DNA of 64,000 bases from the NCBI GenBank assembly GCA_002269645.1, contig NIVC01001810.1, forward strand, positions 170,752 through 234,751, in the 5' to 3' direction. Positions 38,606 to 49,637 of this stretch are shown here, piece after piece. Position 1 is the stretch's first letter; each line of letters opens with the position of its first letter. The notes beneath the pieces were generated by a model. It had not been told where the DNA came from. It ran no database searches and worked only from the letters and a program-made list of their open reading frames with translations. A program made the translations under genes and the position numbers. The DNA is from Macrostomum lignano. Taxonomy: Eukaryota.

Positions 38606-39384
38606 ATTAATTTGGGGTTGAATTGGAATCTCGGCTTGGCTCTGCTCGTGCAATTAACGGCCTTGAGAGCCAACCCCCCAAGGCGCAGTGAAGTGTACAT
38701 GCCTAACGATAATATAAAGTTAGGGCCGCTGTACACTCCTGTGTGAGTGTGTGCCTGCGTACGTATCCGCGCGCTTGTATGCCTGCTCAGGGGAGTCGGC
38801 GGAATGGGCAGTAATGCCTCTCGCCGGTTGTGTGCCTATGTCGCTTAAAGTGCGCCAGGGTGCACACAACCCCCTGTCTAATAAAATAATAAACACATAT
38901 CGAGAGAGTGTACACCCGTATTGGGCGAGTGTACACCCATATCGGGAGAGTGTACAAACATATTGGGAGAGTGTACCTTTGGCTCGGGAGAGTGGGGCGC
39001 CTGCGGCTCAGGAGGGTGTACATACCGGGGTACATATCAGGAGGGTGCCCCTGCGGCATGGGCGCCTGCGGCTCGGGCGGGTGTACATATCGGGAGGGTG
39101 CGCCTGCGGCATGGGCGCCTGGGTGGCGCTTGGCGCCACGCGCGCCGAGCGCCAGCCAATGGGTTGACATCCACCCCACCTCCAAAACCGACGGATACGG
39201 GAGTCCTTAGTAATAATACATACACTGATAATAAGTAGTATATAAAATGTAATAATCCGCCGTATCCTCATACAAAATCATAAAACTCTATAGATGACTC
39301 TATAGAATCTTAGAAAATGAAAATTAGAAATACAAGAGCTCAAAAATAGGTTCTTTAAGGTTCCGCAAAACTTTGGCTGGCAAA

Positions 39385-39650
39385 CCTCGCAAGCAAATTT
39401 CCTGCAAGCAAAGTTCGGCAAGCAAAGTTCCTGCAAGCGAACTTCGGCAGGCAAAATTCCGCAAGCAAAGTTCGGCAAGCAGACTTCGGCAAGCAAAATT
39501 CGGCAAGCAAACTTCGGCAAGCAAAGTTCGGCAAGCAAATTTCGGCAAGCAAACTTCGGCAAGCAAAGTTCGGCAAGCAAAGTTCGGCAAGCAAAGTTCG
39601 GCAAGCAAATTTCCGCAAGCAAAAGTCCCGCAAGCAAACTTCTCGCAAGA
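39385..39650. repeat. 14-bp minisatellite GGCAAGCAAAGTTC
   Basis: About 18 imperfect copies. Confidence 0.9.
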
Positions 39651-39737
39651 AAATTTCATAGACCCGTTTAGATGCCTCTAAAGGAGTTATCAGAATCTGA
39701 TCTGATCCTTTAGAATCTGATTCTGTTATTGTATTTT

Positions 39738-40530
39738 TCAACATTTTTCAACATTTTTCAACATTGTATTCGGTAATATGTTGAGCCACTTCTGGTTTCC
39801 TTGTAGATCAAATTCAAACCAGAGTTTATTTGTGAGAGTGCGATTAAATCTCTCAATCATTGCATTCTTGGACTCGCCATAAATTGAGAACATCTTGTTT
39901 ATATATTCACCCTTTTCATCCTTCTTTCTAACATTTGTCTTTTGAAAACGAGTATAGCTTGCACATATGCTGGTTATAAAACTCCTTGCCTTCATCAACA
40001 CAAAGTCTCTCTGATCGTCTTCCTGATTCCTTAAATATTTTCTGGAAAACTTCTGCAACTTCCGCTCCCGTCTTTGTTTTCAAAGGAACTGCCCAAGCGA
40101 AACGTGTGAAACCATCTATAACAGTGAGAGCATATTTGTAACCTCTTTCAGGTGGTAGGATAATGATATCTGCATGCCAAATTGTGTCTTTTGTATAGTG
40201 AATCATTTTTCTAAACAGTTTTGCTTTTCTGTATTCCCTATGTAATTTCACAGCATCTTCGTAGCTTAGACCATTGCCGTATATGGTTAGACAATCTATG
40301 CAATTGTTGGGGTTGTCAGTATAAATGCCTAATCCAAACCGAACTTTAGCCTTAATAATAAGCTTTACTAGATTTCTAATGAGTCTCTCCTTCACAGACA
40401 AGTCACTGGTTGGAATAGCATCTAAATCAGTTATCATTTTTTCATCAGCAATGTGCTTCTTTGCTAGAGCTTCCTCTGGATTTGAAGATGTTTTTTCAGC
40501 AGTCTGTAATTGGATTGAGTCTCTTGTCTA
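39738..40530 (-). mobile_element. Polinton/Maverick relic: PLA2-like C-terminus running into a retroviral-type integrase (frameshifted)
   Basis: LVKLIIKAKVRFGLG, then WHADII, YKYALTVIDGFTRFAWAVPLKTKT, CVDEGKEF and MIERFNRTL. Confidence 0.85.
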
Positions 40531-41046
40531 GATTTGGACCTGGCAGTTGTTCCTCAATCTTTCGAAAGAGGCTGGACTTTATCTTGAGGCTTCATCAGGA
40601 TTGACCAGATCCTTCAGCCCCACCTCCATAAAGTCTCTGAACCTTCTCCATATCCTTGTCAACTACGTTTTTCGGACGTACCATAGCTACTCGAACAAAG
40701 TTCGGACTTAGGAGCTTGGCTGCGGATTTCCACCATGTCCTCAAGCTTGTTACCATTGGGAACAGGAATTACATGTGTTCCTTCAGAAGATTTCTCAACT
40801 GAAGTGATGCTTGAGGCTTTTGAAGGAGTTCCCGCAATTTGAAGGTGTCGCCATTCACTAAGCACTTGTTTAATCTTGGTTATAATGTTTTTGTATTGAT
40901 CCCCATAAAAATTTCAATGCAAATTCTCCTGTTTTAAGGGTGATTCCATTGTCTAGTAAAATATTCTTAGGTTCCTTTGTAGTTTTATTGATGCATACAT
41001 AATACAACTGATAGGTGGGATAAGAATTTTTATAGTCTAATAGTTT

Positions 41047-41328
41047 CTAGTAGTTACTTTCACGACTTGAGGAATTGTCTGTGTTATCAGAAGATTTAAG
41101 CTCTAATGCAATCTTTCGCTCAACGTGAACCAGGTCTATCTTTTTTACCTTCTCGAGCCCAAAATAACTTTCTGCTAAAACTTCATATAGTCTGCCTAGT
41201 CTCATTTGAATAATTTTAATCTTGTGTGAAATTATTAGCTCTTTTTGACATAAATCGCAAAGAATTTGGTCATACCCCACCTTGTCGTCAATTGGTTTCA
41301 GGAGAATTTCTCCAATTGTGTGCTCCAT
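41047..41328 (-). pseudogene. Putative PD-(D/E)xK nuclease-like gene fragment in the Polinton relic
   Basis: IDLVHVERKIALELK has a D...ExK pattern; AAAATG start context like other Polinton genes. Confidence 0.4.
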
Positions 41329-42151
41329 TTTACTATAGAAAATTTAACAAGTGCTTTATTCGATGACTAGCAAGGACATTGACTTCCTCACTCAGGCCAC
41401 AACGTAACCTGCGAAAAAATACCCTGGAATATGAAATTCGCCAGGATATTTTCCAGTAGAGAAAATAGGTGGCAAATGAGTCATTGCGGTCTGAATATCT
41501 AAAGCACAACCAAGAAATAGTGGTTTATTGAAGGCCATTTTGTAGCAGAAAAATTTTGTTAAAGATTTTACATTTACTACTTGCATAAGTAGAATGGTTT
41601 GCTGAAAATGTCATTTTTATTTTGCTCACAGTCATTGGCTGTGATGATGGACGGCCTTCTATTAAATTCTGTTATGAAATTAGAGGCATGCTTTTATTTT
41701 CCATTTTTAAAACGAGGAAAAAGAAGAAATTTCTCGTCGCGAATTTCTATCTAAAGAATGGTAAACATTAAAGAAATTATTTTAAAAAGAGATATACTTT
41801 CTATTTAGTAGGCGTTAAAGGAAAAAACACAACATATAGAGTTTTACTCAAAAAAATTCCAACGCATTGGAAAAGTTTGACCTTCATATGTCACTGAAGA
41901 TTAGCCCAAAATCCGACGTCGGCTTTTCATTTCTTGCTGAGGAGAAATGCAAGGTAGTCCCATTATATTAGGCTAGGCAGTAGGAGGGTATGTCGATTTT
42001 TTAGAAAGAGAGTGCATGACTGGATGTGGAAAGAGATTTTCAGTACAGTGGAACCCGCGCAGTGCAGCCAGAGGAATAGAATAGGTAAGTTCCCTTTTTC
42101 AGGACAATAGAGACTGCGTACATCGACAATGAATTGCCCAGTATTTGAGGC

Positions 42152-42672
42152 AGTTTTCCGACAGATTTCCGACAGTTTTCCGACAGTTTTCCGACAGTTT
42201 TCCGACAGTTTTCCGACAGTTTTCCGACAGTTTTCCGACAGATTTCCGACAGTTTTCCGACAGATTTCCGACAGTTTTCCGACAGTTTTCCGACAGTTTT
42301 CCGACAGTTTTCCGACAGTTTTCCGACAGATTTCCGACAGTTTTCCGACAGTTTTCCGACAGTTTTCCGACAGATTTCCGACAGTTTTCCGACAGTTTTC
42401 CGACAGTTTTCCGACAGTTTTCCGACAGTTTTCCGACAGTTTTCCGACAGATTTCCGACAGTTTTCCGACAGTTTTCCGACAGATTTCCGACAGTTTTCC
42501 GACAGTTTTCCGACAGTTTTCCGACAGTTTTCCGACAGTTTTCCGACAGTTTTCCGACAGATTTCCGACAGTTTTCCGACAGTTTTCCGACAGTTTTCCG
42601 ACAGTTTTCCGACAGTTTTCCGACAGTTTTCCGACAGTTTTCCGACAGTTTTCCGACAGATTTCCGACAGTT
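42152..42672. repeat. 11-bp minisatellite CCGACAG(T/A)TTT
   Basis: About 47 copies. Confidence 0.97.
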
Positions 42673-43439
42673 TCTATTGAGCAAAAAATTCCGACAGTTT
42701 GTCAGATATTTGTCGCAAACAAAAACCCATTATCTACTAATAGTAGTCCTCCCTTTTCAAGAACAATAGAGAATGTACACAAAGTACACATAGCAGTAAT
42801 CCTCTTCCTTCTCTTCAAATTCACTGTTATTTTTGCCATTTTTAGAATGAGCTCTCAATAATTCTCTTCTTAACTCATAAATTTCTTTCTGTTTTGATTC
42901 CTCAATCTGTTTTGTTATTTTCAAAAACGTGTCCGACATTTTGAATGCCTGTGGTGCTATTTTTAAGTGATTTTTTGACATTTTCTCGATCTTCCTTTGC
43001 TTTCTCTGCTCCATTTCTTCTTTCTTCTTTTTCAATTCTTCTTCTTCATTATCGTCTCCAGTGAAGAGGTCTTCCAGTACCATTAATGATCATTCCAAGT
43101 CCCAACATGAATTGACTCTCTGGCGCCAATATTCTTTTCGTTTATCAGGAATCTCTCTCAAAAGTTCTTCAAAGAAATATTTTGCTTCTGTTTTATCTTT
43201 TGTCAACAGACCTTCCATATCGTCAGTCAATCCTGTTCTCATGGTTTCCCCAGCCATGCTCAGAGAGGATACAGCTTAAAGCAGAACGTTGGAGTCTGCG
43301 GCTCTTTAGTAGGTAGAGCTCAAGCAATACAGTAGACACTATAGAGAGAATGAAATTGTTGTCAATAGCAACTAGATTGGGTAAGAGGTTTTGAGTACTG
43401 TTGGATCCACGTATAGGCAAACGTAGTTCCTCCTTTCCG

Positions 43440-45800
43440 AGTACAATAGAAGCTGCACATGGCAAGTTCCCCTTTTTGAGAACAATAGAAGCTGCACACG
43501 GCAAGTTCCCCTTTTTGAGAACAATAGAAGCTGCTTATGGCAAGTTCCCCTTTTTGAGAACAATAGAAGCTGCGCATGGCAAGTTCCCCTTTCCGAGTAC
43601 AATAGAAGCTGCACATGGCAAGTTCCCCTTTTTGAGAACAATAGAAGCTGCACATGGCAAGTTCCCCTTTTTGAGAACAATAGAAGCTGCACATGGCAAG
43701 TTCCCCTTTTTGAGAACAATAGAAGCTGCGCATGGCAAGTTCCCCTTTCCGAGTACAATAGAAGCTGCACATGGCAAGTTCCCCTTTTTGAGAACAATAG
43801 AAGCTGCGCATGGCAAGTTCCCCTTTCCGAGTACAATAGAAGCTGCACATGGCAAGTTCCCCTTTTTGAGAACAATAGAAGCTGCACATGGCAAGTTCCC
43901 CTTTTTGAGAACAATAGAAGCTGCACATGGCAAGTTCCCTTTTTGAGAACAATAGAAGCTGCACATGGCAAGTTCCCCTTTCCGAGTACAATAGAAGCTG
44001 CACATGGCAAGTTCCCCTTTTTGAGAACAATAGAAGCTGCGCATGGCAAGTTCCCCTTTTTGAGAACAATAGAAGCTGCGCATGGCAAGTTCCCCTTTCC
44101 GAGTACAATAGAAGCTGCACATGGCAAGTTCCCCTTTTTGAGAACAATAGAAGCTGCGCATGGCAAGTTCCCCTTTCCGAGTACAATAGAAGCTGCACAT
44201 GGCAAGTTCCCCTTTTTGAGAACAATAGAAGCTGCGCATGGCAAGTTCCCCTTTCCGAGTACAATAGAAGCTGCACATGGCAAGTTCCCCTTTTTGAGAA
44301 CAATAGAAGCTGCGCATGGCAAGTTCCCCTTTCCGAGTACAATAGAAGCTGCACATGGCAAGTTCCCCTTTTTGAGAACAATAGAAGCTGCGCATGGCAA
44401 GTTCCCCTTTCCGAGTACAATAGAAGCTGCACATGGCAAGTTCCCCTTTTTGAGAACAATAGAAGCTGCGCATGGCAAGTTCCCCTTTCCGAGTACAATG
44501 GAAGCTGCACATGGCAAGTTCCCCTTTTTGAGAACAATAGAAGCTGCGCATGGCAAGTTCCCCTTTCTGAGTACAATAGAAGCTGCACATGGCAAGTTCC
44601 CCTTTTTGAGAACAATAGAAGCTGCACATGGCAAGTTCCCCTTTTTGAGAACAATAGAAGCTGCACATGGCAAGTTCCCCTTTTTGAGAACAATAGAAGC
44701 TGCACATGGCAAGTTCCCCTTTCCGAGTACAATAGAAGCTGCACATGGCAAGTTCCCCTTTTTGAGAACAATAGAAGCTGCGCATGGCAAGTTCCCCTTT
44801 TTGAGAACAATAGAAGCTGCACATGGCAAGTTTCCCTTTTTGAGAACAATAGAAGCTGCACATGGCAAGTTCCCCTTTTTGAGAACAATAGAAGCTGCGC
44901 ATGGCAAGTTCCCCTTTTTGAGAACAATAGAAGCTGCACATGGCAAGTTCCCCTTTTTGAGAACAATAGAAGCTGCACATGGCAAGTTCCCCTTTTTGAG
45001 AACAATAGAAGCTGCACATGGCAAGTTCCCCTTTCCGAGTACAATAGAAGCTGCACATGGCAAGTTCCCCTTTTTGAGAACAATAGAAGCTGCACATGGC
45101 AAGTTCCCCTTTTTGAGAACAATAGAAGCTGCACATGGCAAGTTCCCCTTTCCGAGTACAATAGAAGCTGCACATGGCAAGTTCCCTTTTTGAGAACAAT
45201 AGAAGCTGCACATGGCAAGTTCCCCTTTCCGAGTACAATAGAAGCTGCACATGGCAAGTTCCCCTTTTTGAGAACAATAGAAGCTGCACATGGCAAGTTT
45301 CCCTTTTTGAGAACAATAGAAGCTGCACATGGCAAGTTCCCCTTTTTGAGAACAATAGAAGCTGCACATGGCAAGTTCCCCTTTTTGAGAACAATAGAAG
45401 CTGCACATGGCAAGTTCCTCCTTTCCGAGTACAATAGAAGCTGCACATGGCAAGTTCCCCTTTTTGAGAACAATAGAAGCTGCACACGGCAAGTTCCCCT
45501 TTTTTGAGAACAATAGAAGCTGCACACGGCAAGTTCCCCTTTTTTGAGAACAATAGAAGCTGCACACGGCAAGTTTCCCTTTTTGAGAACAATAGAAGCT
45601 GCACATGGCAAGTTTCCCTTTTTGAGAACAATAGAAGCTGCACATGGCAAGTTCCCCTTTTTGAGAACAATAGAAGCTGCACATGGCAAGTTCCCCTTTT
45701 TGAGAACAATAGAAGCTGCACATGGCAAGTTCCCCTTTTTGAGAACAATAGAAGCTGCACACGGCAAGTTCCCCTTTTTGAGAACAATAGAAGCTGTACA
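43440..45800. repeat. 39-bp satellite GAACAATAGAAGCTGCACATGGCAAGTTCCCCTTTTTGA
   Basis: About 60 copies with two alternating variants (TTTGAGAAC and TCCGAGTAC). Confidence 0.98.
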
Positions 45801-46334
45801 GAGCAGTGTTGGGGATTGTAAGTTCTCCCTTCATCCAAAATTGACTATTACAGATGTTGGATCCACGTATAGGCAAACGTATTTCCTCCTGTAGAGTACA
45901 ATAGACTCTTTGAGAGAGTACTAACTTGAAATGAGTGTTCCAAAATCCTGAGAAGTTTTACTCAATATCGCACACTTAAAAATTAGTTTTTTATTTAGGG
46001 TTAGGAATTTTCTTAAAAGAAGGGGGTTAAGAATAATTTATTGATTTGAAATTTTTCAAGTGAGTAACAGTCAGGAGTCAGTGGTAGTTATCAAAGTCGC
46101 TAAGAAAAATAATTGATATTTTTAATTGGTTAAAAATAAGCTTTAGAGGGGGGATACTAAGGACATATTTTATAGTTATCTAAATAGTAGTGAATATTAT
46201 ATGGGGGATTTTTGGCCTGTGTCACTGACTCATGACTCACGAATCACTCTTTAAAAACATAAGTTTAAAAACTGTCTTTAGGGGGGTCTAGAACTTCTAA
46301 AGAGAAAAGTACATTTTTCTTAAATATGCTTTTA

Positions 46335-46455
46335 AGTAGTGGATAGAGATATGGAATATGGACACCAAATGAACGAATGAACGAGAAAGTGAAATGAGTG
46401 AATGCCCCCGACGCAGGAGGGTGTGTGGCCATATTCTATATCTCTATCCACTACT
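46335..46455. mobile_element. 121-bp inverted-repeat element (MITE-like)
   Basis: About 30-bp TIRs AGTAGTGGATAGAGATAT(G/A)GAATATGG(A/C)CAC. No clear TSD. Confidence 0.6.
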
Positions 46456-47112
46456 TGTCACTGACTCATGCCAATCTGTCACTGACTCATGCCAATCTGT
46501 CACTCACTCATGCCAGTCTGTCACTGACTCATGCCAGTCTGTCACTGACTCATGCCAGTCTGTCACTGACTCATGCCAATCTGTCACTGACTCATGCCAG
46601 TCTGTCACTGACTCATGCCAGTCTGTCACTCACTCATGCCAGTCTGTCACTCACTCATGCCAGTCTGTCACTGACTCATGCCAGTCTGTCACTCACTCAT
46701 GCCAATCTGTCACTCACTCATGCCAGCCTGTCACTGACTCATGCCAATCTGTCACTCACTCATGCCAATCTGTCACTGACTCATGCCAGTCTGTCACTCA
46801 CTCATGCCAGTCTGTCACTCACTCATGCCAGTCTGTCACTGACTCATGCCAATCTGTCACTGACTCATGCCAATCTGTCACTGACTCATGCCAATCTGTC
46901 ACTGACTCATGCCAATCTGTCACTCACTCATGCCAATCTGTCACTCACTCATGCCAATCTGTCACTGACTCATGCCAGTCTGTCACTGACTCATGCCATT
47001 CTGTCACTGACTCGTGCCAATCTGTCACTGACTCATGCCAATCTGTCACTGACTCATTCCAATCTGTCACTGACTCATGCCCATCTGTCACTGACTCATG
47101 CCAGTCTGTCAC
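46456..47112. repeat. 21-bp TGACTCA-containing minisatellite at the stop codon of kinase C
   Basis: About 31 copies of the same unit as 22262-22501. Confidence 0.95.
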
Positions 47113-49637
47113 TGCAGAAATTTGTGCTCCAGTAGCTCCGCGGTGGCCGCTCGCCTCCTCGGCTCCCTCTGGATGCACCGGCCGTAGAAGTCCCTCAGCA
47201 GGGCGGAGGTCCCGGCCGGCAGCTGCGGCATGTCGTGTCTTTGAATCCCCAGCGGGATCCGATACCACTCGAGCTGCCAGTTCGGAGGCTGCATCTCCAG
47301 CATCTCGAACACGGAGCAGCCGAAAGCCCACACGTCAGTCTTGGGTGAGTACACGATTCTTCCGTCCTCACTGAACAGCTCAGGAGCCATGAAGTAGGTG
47401 GTGCCGCAATCCCTCTTGGTGCTGTGCATCGTGGCGAAGACCTCCTTGGCGAGACCGAAGTCGATCAGCTTGATGACGCCCTCATTGGTGAGCATTATGT
47501 TGGAGCACTTGATGTCACGGTGCAGGGTGACGGGACTGCGGCTGTGCAGGAAGTGGAGCGCTGAGCAGATCTGTGAGTTGGGGAGCGAGTGAGCAGGGGT
47601 GGTGTGGGATCTGAGCTGCTTGGAGAAGTTTCTCACTGCTGCATGGGCTGGTGTGGGATCTGAGCTGCTTGGAGAAGTCCCTCACTGCTGCATGGGGTGG
47701 TGTGGGATCTGAGCTGCTTGGAGAAGTCCCTCACTGCTGCATGTAGTGGTGTGGGATCTGAGCTGCTTGGAGAAGTCCCTCACTGCTGCATGGGGTGGTG
47801 TGGGATCTGAGCTGCTTGGAGAAGTCCCTCACTGCTGCATGGGGTGGTGTGGGATCTGAGCTGCTTGGAGAAGTTTCTCACTGCTGCATGGGCTGGTGTG
47901 GGATCTGAGCTGCTTGGAGAAGTCCCTCACTGCTGCATGGAGTGGTGTGGGATCTGAGCTGCTTGGAGAAGTCCCTCACTGCTGCATGGGCTGGTGTGGG
48001 ATCTGAGCTGCTTGGGAAGTCCCTCACCGCTGCATGTAGTGGTGTGGGATCTGAGCTGCTTGGAGAAGTCCCTCACTGCTGCATGGGGTGGTGTGGGATC
48101 TGAGCTGCTTGGAGAAGTCCCTCACTGCTGCATGGGGTGGTGTGGGATCTCACCTGCTTGGAGAAGTCCCTCACTGCTGCCTCATCGAAGGGCCGTCGCT
48201 GCAGCTGCATCAGCTCAGAGAGGCTGTGGCCGGAGATCAGCTCGGTGAAGATGCACAGCTTGCCCTTCTTGATGCGCTCAGACTTGAGGAACTGCACGAT
48301 GTTCGGGTGCCGGATGGCCTTCAGGACGGAGATCTCCGCGTTCTCTATCTTGATGGCCTCGTCCATCAGCCTGGCGCTGCTGGCACCTTCCAGCCTGACG
48401 ATCTTGACAGCCACAGTCTGGCGCTTATCGGTGAACGCCTTGTACACCTTGCCGAAGCCGCCTGCTCCGAGCAGCTGCTTGTTGCCGTCACCATCGAGAA
48501 GGAAGTCCCAGCTGGAGAAGGCGGGGTCCAGAGACGGCCTCGCACTGAAAGAGGAGAGGGTTGGGAGACTGAAGCACTGCGGGATGGCTGCAGAAATGGG
48601 GAACTGAGCAGGCAGGGAGAGAGTCTGTCAGGTGATCATTGTGAGCCACTCTTAGCTGAACCGAATGCAATTTCCCAAGTGAAAAGTGGAATACGGCCTG
48701 CCTTGCTGACGGAGTCTCCTCGGACTGCGCGTCCACCGCCCGCCGCAGCTGCAAGCCCGACATCGCCTGGCCCAGCCTCCGCTCTTCTCCATCACGCTGG
48801 TGCCGCCGCTGCTCTGCGATCCACTCCCGAATCCGAGCTCCGTGCTGAGAGTTCCGCTCTGCGTAGTCGGCCACCGACTTGCCACCGGAATCGAAAAAGT
48901 CGAATGGGGCGAGGCCGAGAGAGTCCGCGATGAGGCGGAGCGAGTCTAGGTCGTGATGCTGAGCAGCCAGGTGAGCAGGTGTGGCTCCGTTTGAGTCTTT
49001 TTCCAACAGACAGGCCGGACCGAGCTCAGAGATGAGCCACTTGAGACAGGAGTTGGTCTCATTCATAGCAGCAAAGTGAATGGCAGTGCGTTTGCAATTG
49101 CCAGGCTGATGGAAGCAGTCGGATCCGAGGACTGATTTGAAGAACTGCATGGAATCGGCGCCCTGAAACTTAGCAGCGAGATGGACGGGAGTGTCTCCGG
49201 CTTGGTCTCGAACGGAGAGACAGTCGGTTCCGCACTCGTTCACCAGCCACTTGAGACAGGAGTTAGTCTCATTCCTAGCGGCCCGGTGAATGGCAGTGCG
49301 TTGTAAGTAGCCAGGCTGATGGAAGCAGTCGGATCCGAGGACTGATTTGAAGAACTGCATGGAATCGGAGCCCCGAAACTTAGCAGCGAGATGGACGGGA
49401 GTGTCTCCGGCTTGGTCTCGAACGGAGAGACAGTCGGTTCCGCACTCGTTCACCAGCCACTTGAGACAGGAGTTAGTCTCATTCATAGCGGCTTGGTGAA
49501 TGGCAGTGCGTTGTAAGTAGCCAGGCTGATGGAAGCAGTCGGATCCGAGGACTGATTTGAAAAACTGCATGGAATCGGCGCCCTGCTTCCAAGCAGCGAG
49601 ATGGACGGGAGTGTCTCCATCTTGGTCTCGAACGGAG
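47109..49637 (-). pseudogene. Ankyrin-repeat plus MAP3K/STE-like kinase, paralog C, 5' part cut off by the Polinton insertion
   Basis: ANK exon 49637-48702, 157-nt GC-AG intron, kinase exons 48544-48154 and 47570-47109 (391 and 462 nt, same lengths as paralog B). Kinase motifs intact. ANK homology stops mid-repeat at 49637 with no acceptor AG. Confidence 0.85.
47590..48180. repeat. 49-bp junction-derived minisatellite in the kinase C intron
   Basis: About 11.5 copies of the same unit as in paralog B. Confidence 0.93.

Noticed and set aside
43362-45894. ORFs of 400-830 aa in several frames
   Set aside because: Artefacts of the 39-bp satellite: open in multiple frames on both strands, with no unique domain.
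21345-48180. CRISPR-like appearance of the many regular repeat arrays
   Set aside because: The units are head-to-tail with no unique spacers, there are no cas genes, and the context is eukaryotic.
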